DNA of 32,000 bases, from the NCBI RefSeq assembly GCF_000400465.1, contig NW_008806298.1, positions 1 through 32,000 of the forward strand, read 5' to 3'. The stretch comes from Wallemia ichthyophaga EXF-994 (Eukaryota > Fungi > Basidiomycota). Under the pieces are notes generated by a model. The model ran no database searches, was not told where the DNA came from, and was given only the letters and a program-made list of their open reading frames with translations. Made by a program: the position numbers and the translations under genes. Below are positions 8,995 to 21,008 of this stretch, in pieces. Numbering within the stretch: the stretch's first letter is position 1; the number at the start of each line of letters is the position of its first letter.

Positions 8995-10505
8995 TCAAAT
9001 ATGCTTATACGACAGTGCAGGGTCTTGACAATCAAGATTGATGGTAATATTCGACGTCGTCAGTTCACTAATGGGCGGAAGGTGATCACTAGAGTCGAAC
9101 TTGTAAGCCACATCGACGCCCTCCTCTTGTTTCTTATTACGGTAGTGTCGTCTAAGCACCTCCTTTGTGAAAGTGCCGAAAGTCTCTTCAGGTGTTCCAA
9201 TCTGTTCCCACACATCAGGCTGCATGAACACTGCGAAAGTCTCTCTGCTAACGTCGCCGACGGCATCTCCAAGTCTGACCTGACCGGGACCGCCACCGCG
9301 AACGCAATGTGGGGTAGCGTGCAGCTTACCTCCAGTGAGCAACTCGAGTGCTTCTCCAGTCTGAAATGCTAATGCGTTCTCCGGTATCGTCACCTTCACC
9401 ACGTTGTTAGCCCGGTTACGAATGTAGAGCCCGGATCGCTCGTGAGGGTTTGCGATAGGCGTGTGCTTGTCGCCCTCCTCGAACATGTACATGGCGCTGA
9501 CGAGGCCCGTTATCAGCGAGTGGTCGAGGTGCCAGCCGCACCAGCTGTCCTGGTCGTCGTCGTTCTCGTCCCCGTCGCCTGATGGCGGCGGCGGGTAGTA
9601 GTGCAGCAGGCGCGCTTTATGCGCGGATGAACGCGCTAGCATGCCCTCGAGTATGTCTGTCTTGTTGGTCTGGATTTGTAGCTGGGGAGAGACGAATGAC
9701 TCGCATGCTCTGGTGAGCAGTAGTCCCACTGTAATCAGTGAGCTTCTTGGTGCGACTGTTAGTAGTGAATTAGTGCCCACCTTCGACCACAAACGATCCA
9801 AGCTTCTTGAATGATTGCTGAAAACCGTTTACTTCTGCATCCTCATCTTCGTTGGGCTGATGAGCAGCGTTAGTAGAATTGTATAGCTGCTTATTGGTAG
9901 CCCACCCATATATTACCCTTGTAGTACTCTGGATGCCTCCTCTGTATCGTTGGATCGACCTGCGGACGGTCGAGGAGGGGATTACCGTAGTAGCTACCTT
10001 TGAGAGTATCTGGCATGCCATTCTGGTTGTGTATCAGAATATGCCATTAGGACATACACAGTCTCCACCCACCATATACTCCTTGGCTCTCGACCAGCCG
10101 ACTTGTGCGGTGTAAGTGGTGCACTGCACTGCGCCATACAACACACTCACAGCTAAATGAGCTCTCTTCATCGGCGTAGCGCTCCTTCTTCTCCTCAGCC
10201 ATCCTGGCGAACTTGTTGGACAACTCGAGTAGCTCTTTACGCAGCCCATCAAACTCAGCGGGTAGATCAGTAATTATGATAATACCCAGACAAGACGGAT
10301 CTGGCCCAAATGCTGCCTTGATACACGCCAGCAAACTGACCGTCGTTATTGGGCTGAGTAGCGCGTTGAATGGGATTGACACCGGATTGGCGTGCACCGG
10401 CTCGGATGAGGCGTGAGGCGGATGCGATAGCACGGGCTTTGTATTCGTCTGTGAAAATCTACGTTTAATATTGCTGTCTTTAATTTTGGTGATGAGAGTG
10501 ATCAA
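8995..10505 (-). CDS. 2-oxoglutarate/Fe(II)-dependent dioxygenase (clavaminate synthase-like/DIOX); introns 10102-10150, 10023-10072, 9857-9905, 9729-9780; start codon unresolved
   Basis: The spliced product reads AFG.DP..LGII...DLP, SFGWSRAKE, DTLKGSYYGNP, RLLHYYP, WCGWHLDHS (HxD), GLYIRNR, FQTGEALE, LHATPHCV (distal His) and SRETFAVFMQP. No in-frame ATG precedes the conserved N-terminal block. Confidence 0.85.
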
Positions 10506-10579
10506 CTGAGGATGCAGAGCAAGCAGGCGTATTAAATCAGTATTGTTTATTAATCAATGCATTACAATGCCTGTTATTT

Positions 10580-11776
10580 TTACTTGTCCTCCTCCTTCAA
10601 TCCAACATCCGTGCGGGCGTCTGACTTGGAGTCTGTAACGATACGTGATGGATCGATGGTGAACTTCAATCTACCATCTGCGAGCTGCTCTGCTCTGACT
10701 GCTTCGAGGTTATGCACAAGATGCTGAGCACCTGCGTCCTTGATTTGGTGTTCTTCGTGTGAGGTGCACACAGCGAGTGTGATTGCACCAGAAGCAACAC
10801 CCGCTTTAATACCTGAAGGAGAATCCTCGACAACTAAGCACTTGTTGCAGTCGTAACCCAAACATTCAGCCGCTAAGAGGAATGGATCTGGGTGTGGTTT
10901 ACCATTCTTCAAGCGTGGATCTTCAGCAGTGATGGTTACTTCTGGAGCAACAATACCTGCTCTCTCCATAGCACCGTATGCATAAACGCGTGCTCCAGAA
11001 GTAGCCACTGCGTAACGACCTTTAGGAAGACTGTCGATGAGTGCTCTTACACCAGGCAGGATCCTAACACCCATATCTGGTCCAAGGTCTTCATCCTCCT
11101 CATCTTCCACTGCCTCATCATCGACGGCGCTGTTGTTTTTGTCGAGTGAGAGCGGCTCAAGCTGTTTAGCGAGCTGACCGGAGCTGACTCTGCCTTCTTT
11201 ACCCTGTGAGGTTGAATCCTTGCGTGTTTTGTCGATTGGAGTAAATGATCCAAACAGCTGGGCTTGTGATGGTCGTCTCGATGACGCAGACGATGACGCA
11301 CGTCTAGACGAAGATTGTGAAGATGAGCGACTGTCACGACGCTTCTTGTACTGGTCGGCGTGGTTGAGGATGCTCTGCTCGAATTTCTCTACTTCCCCGT
11401 CGAGCTGCTCGTCTTTAATTTGGGGCTTCCAGTCTTTGAGGTTGTCTGAAGCTCTGCGTCCGTGAGTGGCCTGTATTAGTAGTGTTATTTCCGATTCCCT
11501 TTTTATTCAAATTCCGAAGAAAAACGTACCTCGATGACGGACTTGCGCGGTTGACCAATCTCATCGGCCACGGCACCCCAGGCGGCTTCAACGGCTGCGA
11601 TAGAGTTTACAAGAGTACCGTCTGTGGTGGAATTAGAAGGTCGTGATTGGCTGAAGCTGCTATCCCAACTAACCCATATCGAATAGAACGGCATCGACCT
11701 GATTGATAGTGAGATATATGCGGCATTGAGGGAATATAATACTCACGATGAATTCAGCTGGTGCAGTTGATGACAT
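10580..11776 (-). CDS. GPP1: HAD-superfamily phosphatase, glycerol-3-phosphatase/Gpp-Dog type, ~345 aa; exons 11776-11747, 11698-11674, 11621-11530, 11470-10580
   Basis: Motif I FDMDGTL (split by an intron), THGRRA, ILPGV, motif II AVATSG, motif III GKPHPDPFL and motif IV VVEDSPSGIKAG. Three canonical introns (48, 52, 59 nt). The substrate (G3P versus other sugar phosphates) is inferred from family resemblance only. Confidence 0.82.
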
Positions 11777-12258
11777 TTCTGGGTTTATAACTTTTGTAGT
11801 TGGCGGTAAGTTGAAAAGATGTTAAGTAAGAAACATCGAATCGAATCCATGTGGAGTGAGATAGATGACGATACTTGTGAGGATATAGCGTGTGGGCGTG
11901 AGTGGGGCGCGTATATTGGGATTGACGCTGTATTTCTCCATGTCCCGTGCATCGTTTAAATTAATACGCTTGGCTGCGTAGATCTGCGTGACAATCCCTG
12001 GTCGTCATATCAGATCCTGAGGCTTGAAATCACTTGATCGCGTGTGTGGCCAGATCGAAGCTATCAGATGGCCAGCTGATTGGCTACAACTGCAAGTCCC
12101 GTCAAGATGCTTAAGATTTGGCGGAGGTGGCTGAGAGGAGCAGAACAAGATATACAAGAACCCCTCAACGCCTACGACAATCTCCTTTAATCTGGAATTC
12201 CACTCATCTCTCATCATTTCCCATCTCCATCGCCCATCTCTCCTTCAACTCAACTACC

Positions 12259-15200
12259 ATGAGCGCTCGATCAGACGAAGAAGGCGAGGCTATACCAATG
12301 CACGGCGACAGGGACAGCTCTGAGGAGGAGGAGGACAACTCAGACGCCGAGAGGGAAGTTAGAGAAGGTTTCATTGAAGACGAGATGAACGACGACAGCG
12401 CAGAAGCTGGCGTGGATAGCGCCGAGAAGAAGAAGAAGAAGAAAAAGAAAAAGAAGCGTGCGTTGGGCTTATTGTGTGCTAGCAATTACTTATTCCCTCC
12501 ATTCAGTCCGTAGAGCTTCAGAATTGCACGATGAGGAAGTCGATGAGGACGATTTGGACCTCATAGCTGAGAATACTGGTAGATCTAGGCGCAAGGATAC
12601 CTCACAGCTACGTAGATTGCATCGCAGGAAAGGTGATGACACGGACGATGAAGATCTAGACGCTCAACATGACGACGATCCTAAAGCTAAAAGCAATCGC
12701 AATAAGGGCGTCAGTGACCTCATTAATATGTTTAACGAAGATCCAAGCAGCAAGCAGCACGACGATGACGATGACGACCTTGGCAATTTCATTGAAGAGG
12801 ATGAGGAGGAGAACAGGGGCACCTCTGGCGCTACTGGGGACCGTAGAAAGAAGAAGAAGCAGAAGGCTCGCAAAAACCAGGGCAAAATCTCTGAACAGGC
12901 TGGTGTTGATCAAGAGACTATGGATGAGGTCTTTGAGGTCTTTGGTGATGGCACTGAGTATGCCTGGGCTATGGAAGTCGACGAAGACGAAGAATATGAT
13001 GAAGCCAAGGCTGATACTAAAATGGCTGATGTACGTGACCTTTTTTTCACTCACACACCGGCTAACCAGACTACAGGTCTTTGAGCCTTCGGAAATTAAA
13101 GCTCGTCTTATGACAGAAGAGGATGAGGTTATACGGTATACTGACCTGCCAGAGCGTATGCAGCTCCTCACACCTAGTATTTACACCTCCAACGTTATCA
13201 GAGATCACTTTGCCACCAACCACGAATACATCCATCGTCTTCCAAGCAAAGACAAAGCGGCTGCGTGGATAGCTCCAAGACTTTCTGAAGCATCGCAGAA
13301 GATGTTCTTGGATATCGTAGGTCCCCACTACAGTTTGCAAGATGAATTCCTTCGCGCTGTGACAGTCGCAGTCGAGAACATCCAAAGCGGTATGGAGGTA
13401 CCGTTCATCCATATCCACAGACGTGATCTTGTCTCTCACTTTGATCCCGCAAAACCATCTGTCCCTCTCGCACCTGACGAGCTCCGTCATGAATATCCAG
13501 CGGGAACAAGTGCAGTGTGGCGCAACAAGCACCAAATGAGCTTGCTGTCGAGGTCTGATCTCTGGAGAATTTACGATCTTTATCGCAAGTTCGTTTCTTT
13601 GCATATGCGTTTATCAGGTTTGGTGGAGCTAGCAGAGAAGGCTAATATCGTAGACACTTACCTCAGTAACACACTGATTTTGGCCGCGGAAAATGAGATT
13701 GAAGTCACTAACGACTTACACGAATGGCTGTTGGGAATGTTTCCTCGCGAGATCAAGATATTACAGGATGAGCAGAGATCGGTTTCTGAACGTCAATTTA
13801 AGAGACCTACAAAATCTTCCCCTTATGACCGCGCTAAGGGTATGCCATCAGCTGAGCTGATCAAGAGAGTCGTGCCTAGCGTTGCGGAGATTGTACATAA
13901 TCTACAATCTCCAACAGGCAAGATATTTACTCCAGACACACCAGCACTGGGACAACTCGAGTTAGCTGAGACTTTTTCCACTGGAACGATCAGTCCTCAG
14001 ATGTTGCTGTCAATGGCGAAACTGATTCTTGTTACAGACCTAGGTCGTGACCCACTAATCAAAAAGCACGTCAGAGATAGACTCACGAGTGAGGGTGTAG
14101 TGTCTGTACACCCGACTGAGAAAGGTTTGAATAAGGTAGACGACCAGCATCCATACAACCATTTCCTCTATTTAAAGAACAAGCCAATAGACAAGCTATC
14201 ACAGGACTCGACGCAATTCTTGTCAATCTTGGAAGCTGAGAAAGAGGACTTTGTGACTGTATCAATGGGCTTCCATTTAGATGTACAAGAGGGAATCATT
14301 GAAAAGATTTACGAGGCTAGCAAGGGCGAGGATATTGGAGAGGCGTCAGACAGCTGGAATGGCTTTATCAGAGATGCAGTATCAGAAGCATTCGAATCTA
14401 CACTACTCGATAGTGCGCGCAAGTACGTTCGCGAATGGTTGCGTGAAAAGCAGGAGGATTACCTTGCTCAACGCGTAACAGATCGTCTATCACAGCGCAT
14501 AGAAGTTGCAGCCTACACTCCCAAAGATTATGAAAAGGGTCAGACGCCATCGGTGCTCTCTGTCTCAGCTGGACAAGGTGATCCTCGCAAAGATGCAATC
14601 TTGCTCGTTTACCTCGATGAGAATGGTCGTATGAGGGAGCAACAAAAGATAGATAACCTCGTTGAAGACTCACCGATGGAAGCATTTGCTGATATCATGA
14701 CACGACGTAAACCACAGACTGTCGTAGTCGGCGGTATGGGTACACAGACCCACGGTCTCTTTCAACGTGTGAACGAACTCGTCAAGGCGCAGACTGGTGA
14801 GGAAATACCGCAGCAGTCAGCTGTCGATGAATGGAATATGCCGACTGGAGATGTCGATCCAAATGCAGGTCCTCAGTACGACCCAGAAAGTGGCACACCT
14901 GTGATATTGGTACATGACGATGTCGCTAGAATCTTCCAGCACTCCAAACGCGCTGAGGTGGAATTCGGACAACTGCCAATCACTGGAAGGTACTGTGTTG
15001 GTTTAGCTAGATATGTCCAGAGCCCACTAAATGAGTTTGCGGCGTTAGGAGAGGATATCACGGCTATTTCTATAGATCCTGATCAGAGGTTGCTATCCAA
15101 GGTGAAATTTTTACACGCTATTGAGAAGGCTATCGTTAATACGGTCAATTACATTGGGGTGGATATTAACACTGCCGTGCGCGATAATCATTATCAGCAC

Positions 15201-17119
15201 CTCTTGCCGTTTGTGGCAGGATTGGGACCACGTAAAGCTCAGGCTTTAGTGAGAAGAATAGCAGCTAGGGTGGGTTTCGCAGGCCTTTAAAAAGATACTT
15301 TGCTAACCGGATTATACAGGGAGGTTACATAATCAATCGCTCTGAACTTGCACACCCAGATCTCATGTATCTGAAAGAGTTCACCAACGCAGTAGCTTTC
15401 TTGAAGATAACTCAGGAGTTCGATTATAAACATGGTGATGAAACGCCTGACACGCTCGATCAGACACGTATCCACCCTGAAGATTACGAACTTGCACGCA
15501 AGATGGCATCTGATGCGCTTGAATTAGATGAAGAAGATTTGGTGGGTGAGGCAGAATCGGCGGTCGTCTCCCAGTTGATGAAAGATTCAAGCAATGAGAG
15601 CAAGCTAGATGAGTTGAATTTGGATGACTATGCACTCAACTTGCTTCAATTTCGTCACGATTACAAACGGTCTACACTGAATCTCATCCGTAACGAACTA
15701 CTCAATCCATTTGGTGACGATAGATTTGACTTCAAGCTACCTGAGAGCACTGAAATCTTCACTGCTTTCACTGGTGAAACTGACCAGACGTTGTCACCGG
15801 GTACGGTCGTTCCGGCTGTTGTCAAAGCAACTAAACCACAGTTTGCGTACTTTAGACTGGATTCTGGTGTCGATGCCTTTGTTAGCTCTGTTTATGCTAC
15901 TGATGAGGGTGACATTGATAGACGTATGGATAGTATCTTCCCGCGTGGCACTACTGTGCAAGGCATGGTTCTCAATATAGACTATAACACTTTCCAGGTA
16001 GAGTTGTCTACGCGTCCGCAAGATCTGGCAATGGCGCCTGAATACCGCAAAATTGTTGCACAAGATGACTACTATGATGTTGCTCGCTCGCTCGAAGATC
16101 GTGAAAACATGTCGAACCGCAAGCAGAATAAGGCGAACAGAGCGCCAAGGGTAGTTGATCATCCTAACTTCCACAACTACTCAGCTGAACAGGCTGAGAT
16201 GGTGCTAGAGAATAGCTCAGTAGGGGATGTGATAATCCGACCAAGTTCTAAAGGACCGGACCATCTTGTCGTGACGTGGAAAGTGGATGAGGATCTATAC
16301 CAGCACATTGACGTTTTGGAGATTGACAAGGCAAACGAGTGGACGCTTGGACGTCTGCTACGTATTGGTAATGCGACATATACCGATCTTGACGAAATGT
16401 TAGTCATGCATGTGCAGCCAATGGTGCGCAAAGTAGAAGAGTTGGTTAACCACGACAAATACCATGGTCCAACGGAAGATGATATGGCGAAACATCTCAT
16501 CGACTTTGTGAAAGCCAATGTAAATCGCAGTAACTACGCCTTCTGTTTGGACAGGAAGGAAGCAGGATCTTTTGTGTTAGGATTCATCGCTAACGCCACC
16601 TCCAAACTGAACAAGTGGAGTGTACAAGTGACGCCTGGGATGTATGTACTGAATGGTGCACATCTACCCACTGTAGCCGATCTATGCCGCGCTTTCAAAC
16701 TACAGTATATGGATATACTCAAGAATCCACGTAGCAAGCTTGCGAATGGGGGTAAAACGCCGCTGCCGACAGCGGGTGCACACACGCCAGGACTTGGCGC
16801 ACGCACACCTGGTCGCGGAGGTGCGTGGGGCGGTACACCAGCTGGTGGCAGAGCATCAGTGTGGGGTGGTGGCGGTGGTGGTAGTAGGACACCAGCTGCT
16901 TATGGCAGCCGCAATCCTGCACCTACACCTGCAGGTGATACTTGGGGCAACGCAGATAGTGGCTCGTCGTGGAATGCACCAGCTGATACTGGCAATAGCT
17001 GGGGCGTGACTAAAGATGAAGATGGCTGGGGTGGTGGTGGTGGCGCTCATGGTGGCTGGAACGCTGGAGAAGCCCAGGATAGCTGGGGTGGCGGTGGAGC
17101 TCAGGGTAGTTGGACGTGA
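12259..17119 (+). CDS. SPT6: Transcription elongation factor/histone chaperone Spt6, ~1570 aa; introns ~12458-12506, 13031-13076, 15270-15319
   Basis: Acidic N-terminus (DEDDLDLI.EN), FEPSEIK.R..T..D..IR..D.PERMQL, YqgF-like region, HhH (V.GLGPRKAQ), LDQTRIHPEDYELARKMA.DAL, S1 domain, tandem SH2 (HPNF, IRPSSKG.DHL.VTWKV). Confidence 0.97.
12427..12456 (+). repeat. AAG/AAA trinucleotide run encoding poly-Lys in Spt6
   Basis: aagaagaagaagaagaaaaagaaaaagaag read directly. Confidence 0.8.
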
Positions 17120-17245
17120 AGCACACCACATCACGTTTGCGGAATCAGCGAGATAGAGAAGGTTTAAATTGCTTGTAAATGTAACTTATATTCTATTTTT
17201 CCAGTTATAAAAAGTATTTCGTGTGTGTCTTACGAAATCGTCGCC

Positions 17246-17996
17246 ATGGTGGTGAGTCGGCGCTGGAGAAAGAGACATTGTGCTCAGGCAGCGGTAGAAA
17301 TTAGAACTGCAGGTGCTTATCGAGGGAGAGAATGTTTCTGGGGTGCAGCCAGCAGATTTTGCAGAGCACCAGTTCTGGCTAGAGGTGGGTGGAGCAGGCG
17401 AGCGAGACGGAGAGGGCTGAAAAGCGGCAGATAAAATGCACAATGTGCCACGAGGTGCATCCAAAGAACATGGCAATTATTCCTTCAGTGGGTTGAGCGG
17501 GAATGGTCGGTGCTTGGAGTCAGACGCAGCTAACAAGGCTGGCAGGAGGAAGAGCAGCTGCCGAACACAAAAGAAGGCAACACGGCCAACTTGATATTCA
17601 AGTGCTCGTTCTGCGGCAAGACGTCGCACGCCAAAGTGGAAAACAAACGCAGCGAAGCAGTCAGCAGCGAGGACATAGACAACCACCGCTACAGGACGTG
17701 GCTCGTGCTTGAGTGCAGGAACATGGAACCAATAGGGTTCGAAGCGAGGTATGAATCATCGGGAGAATTAATTAAGCAGAGCAGGGAAGCTAACGGAGTA
17801 CTTAGGGATGACAGCTACACGTGTTGCAGCGCACTGAGCGATGCCAAGTTCGCGGAGGTCACGCTCGACGGTGAGTGGAGTGACTACGACGAAAAGGTGG
17901 GTGTCACGCATCCGGATGTCAAAGCTAAGCGGTGAAAAGTCGGGCGAATCAGTTTCTATTGAGGGATACAAGGCTCGATTTGTAAAAGTCAAGTAG
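17246..17996 (+). CDS. DUF866 / CXXC-motif zinc-binding protein (CZIB/C1orf123-like), ~166 aa; exons 17246-17251, 17298-17384, 17431-17487, 17546-17748, 17806-17896, 17940-17996
   Basis: The spliced product reads MVKLELQV..., KCTMCHE (CxxC), ANLIFKCSFCGK (CxxC), LECRNMEPIGF, EWSDYDEK.GESVSI. All five introns keep the frame. Confidence 0.9.
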
Positions 17997-18297
17997 ATTT
18001 CAAGTGTTTATGAATACGTCTGACATGCCTGACACATATGCGTGGCCAATGCGTGCATGAACCGAGAAAACGGGGTAGGCGGTCTGAATCCGCGCCGAGT
18101 ATGCAACTGCAATACGATAGTACTCGCATGTATTTTTTATTTGCAATAAATCCCGCTGGCGTGAAGAAGCTAAAACACAGGTCACGTTTCACACTAAATT
18201 AATAATTCTGGAGAGTCCCGGCGTTGTCAGTGATGATCGACCAGGTTCTCAGACTTGCTTATTAATACGAATCCAAGCTTCTTAAAACGCAACAACC

Positions 18298-19444
18298 ATG
18301 TCCACAGCAGAGAAAGGTGCCGCCAACGACCAAGGCTTCGTCAACGGCGACAATAGCGCCAATGTGCGTGTGACTACAGCCGTGTAACACAAGCTGACAG
18401 CGCTACACAGGCCAACGTATCAAGATTCATAACCCCAGGTGGTCACCCTGCGGATAGCTCTCAGGTGCGTGTTCCCAGGTGTCTTCTCCAGCGCGTGCTC
18501 ACTCCAATCACAGCCTGCGTTCCCTATTTTCCACAGAAAGATTGCTAATCCTTCTCCACTCGGGTGTGTATTTCCTGGGAGCTGAATCGGTGGTGCTGGA
18601 TGTCTGACTTTCCCGTACAGACTGACGGCTTTCGCGACGACCACCTTTATGCTTTCGTAGGTAAATGTGTGGTGTTGCTTGCCCATCTTACACCGCAACA
18701 GACTCTACAACATCCAAACGAGAGGCATCAGTGCACCAAACGTCGTTGTCGGCCCAGCGCTCTTCTACGGTGGACTGTGTCAGCTTCTTGCAGGTGAGTG
18801 AGAGTGATAGTTTGCACTAATACTGCTCACAGTATCTCTAGGAATGTGGGAGTTCACCACAGGTAACACATTCGCTGCAACTGCCTTCTCTACTTATGGT
18901 GGATTCTGGTTGTGAGTGGGGTGATCTAGAGTGTCCTATCAGCTTATAAGACCTTGTTACAGATCTTACGGCGTTATTTACATCCCATGGTTTGGAATCG
19001 AAGCTGCATACGAGGGAGCACCGGATGAGTTAGCTTCAGCGCTCGGTATCTACCTAATTGGATGGTTTATCGGTGAGTGAAGCATGAGAGCAGTCAAAAA
19101 CACCCATGCAAACCCTCTAACGACGCAAATATTCAGTCACGTTCATGTTCTTGGTCGCCTCGCAGAGATCATCACTCGCGCTCTCTGGTGTCTTCTTCTT
19201 CCTGATGATTACCTTTATCTTGCTTGCGGCGGGTGAATTTACTGGATCAGTTGGTGAGTTTATTATGATTTGCTTCTATCTCGCTAAATAATGCTCTTTA
19301 GGCACCACAAAAGCGGGTGGTGTTTTGGGAGCAATAACCGCATTCAATGCTTATTATGTAGCAATGGCTGGACTGCTCACTCCTGACTCAAGTTACTTCA
19401 CACTTCCTACTCTTTCTTTGGACTTTCCTAACAAGAAGAAGTAA
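18298..19444 (+). CDS. ATO1: Gpr1/Fun34/YaaH (ATO/Ady2/SatP) acetate/ammonia transporter, ~245 aa, 9 exons (not visible in the ORF track)
   Basis: Introns at 18364-18410, 18465-18513, 18564-18620, 18657-18701, 18794-18841, 18912-18962, 19073-19136 and 19254-19301. The product contains FITPGG, QPAFPIFHRKIANPSPLGL, FYGGLCQLLAGMWEF..GNTF and YGGFWLS. Confidence 0.93.
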
Positions 19445-21008
19445 TTGGTCGCTATAAGATGTCTCGTGCAACTATTTGAGATAATCACAGCTACTTTACG
19501 ATATGACTCACTAATAATCTTGATCTACAACTTTTAATGAATGTAACATTTTTGTACTTTGATGGCTGCAACTTTTCCTTATTCTTATGCATCTATCACC
19601 TATCTCTATGTTAGAGATCAATCAAATCAAGTAGATGAAATGTTCATAATTAATAGCTATACACCAATTACAACCAATTAAAAGCATTCATAAGCAAATC
19701 CCAAAATGTCCCAAGCAATTCCATGAAGTTTCAAGCAGTTTCAAGATTCTCAACAATGTCTCTCTATTCACTCAGTCAATTAGACCTTTCTTGTCTCTTT
19801 GATCTCAGCTGAGAAGGTGGTGATACTGATTGACATTGGTATTCAGATTCTGATTCAACTACCATGTCCAGGTCTTGATAATCAGAACCTGCATCATCCA
19901 TGACAGAGTTGTCAATAGACACAGTTTCAGACTCAGAATCGTATTCGTACTCTGATTCAGAGTTGCTTAAAACTGATTCTATCACTGATGTTGTCGCCGA
20001 TTCAACAATAGGTTCCACACTAGACTCAATACCTATCTCATCACTACCTTCCCCTTGTTGATAGTTAGTGCTGCCTTCCCAGCTCTGAGTGGTAGATGTC
20101 TGCGCACTATAGAAGCTTGGCGTTGGAGAAGTTTGTTTAAAAAAGTAGATCCACAGGTCATAGTTGTTGTTGAAAATGGTATTTATGAATGGCTGTTTAG
20201 GTATTCTTCAGCCACGAATCCTGAAACACGGAAATCGATGTCTTCATGTTCGAGGTTGTTGAATTAGCGTCAGCCCATATGATTGTACACGGCTTGGCTA
20301 CACTCCTCAGCCCATATAATTGCACTATCTTAGACATGACAGCGATGTTGCTGGTAGAAAGTATGTACATTCCAACGACACGGGTAATGTTTGAGTTATG
20401 TTATTATTGATGTTACAACAATTTCTTTTTGTATCTCTTTCTTCTATCAATTCACCTCCTGTCTCATGATTGCAGCAGCTTCCACACTTTGATTCTCTTG
20501 AATTTTTCACAGCCGTAAAAATATCCTCATTGATCTGATTTTGCCCTTTTTCTGCTTTGTCTTGGTTTCATTTTGATATTCAGAGAGAGCGATGAGTGTA
20601 TTTAGGAATGTTTGTTATTGATAGCTCTCTAGAGCCATTTAGAATCATTATTGTTGCTTTCAACGTGCAAAGCTCCGACAATTGCCGTTGTTAGGTCGCT
20701 TTGTTTCATGAAAATGATTTAGCATAAAGACACTATTTCAAGCATTTAAGATGATAGATAAAGCAATGCGTATGATAATAAGCGTATCCCTGCATCTCAA
20801 ATCGCCTCCATCAGTCACACTTTCAATTACTCAGTACATCTCATCTCACAGCTCACAAAAAGCTCCTAAATATACATACAAGAACACTCAAGTCGCTCAC
20901 ATGTAAATATACACTCAAGCATCACCTTCTCTCCGCTATGTTTACCTAAGTTTTGCTCTTCACTCCAAGCCATCCACTTCGAACCAACTGCGTTTATTCA
21001 AAAAAGGA

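Noticed and set aside
11777-12258. STRE (CCCCT, 12161) and TGACG elements in the GPP1/SPT6 divergent promoter
   Set aside because: Single short matches are expected by chance; there is no clustering.
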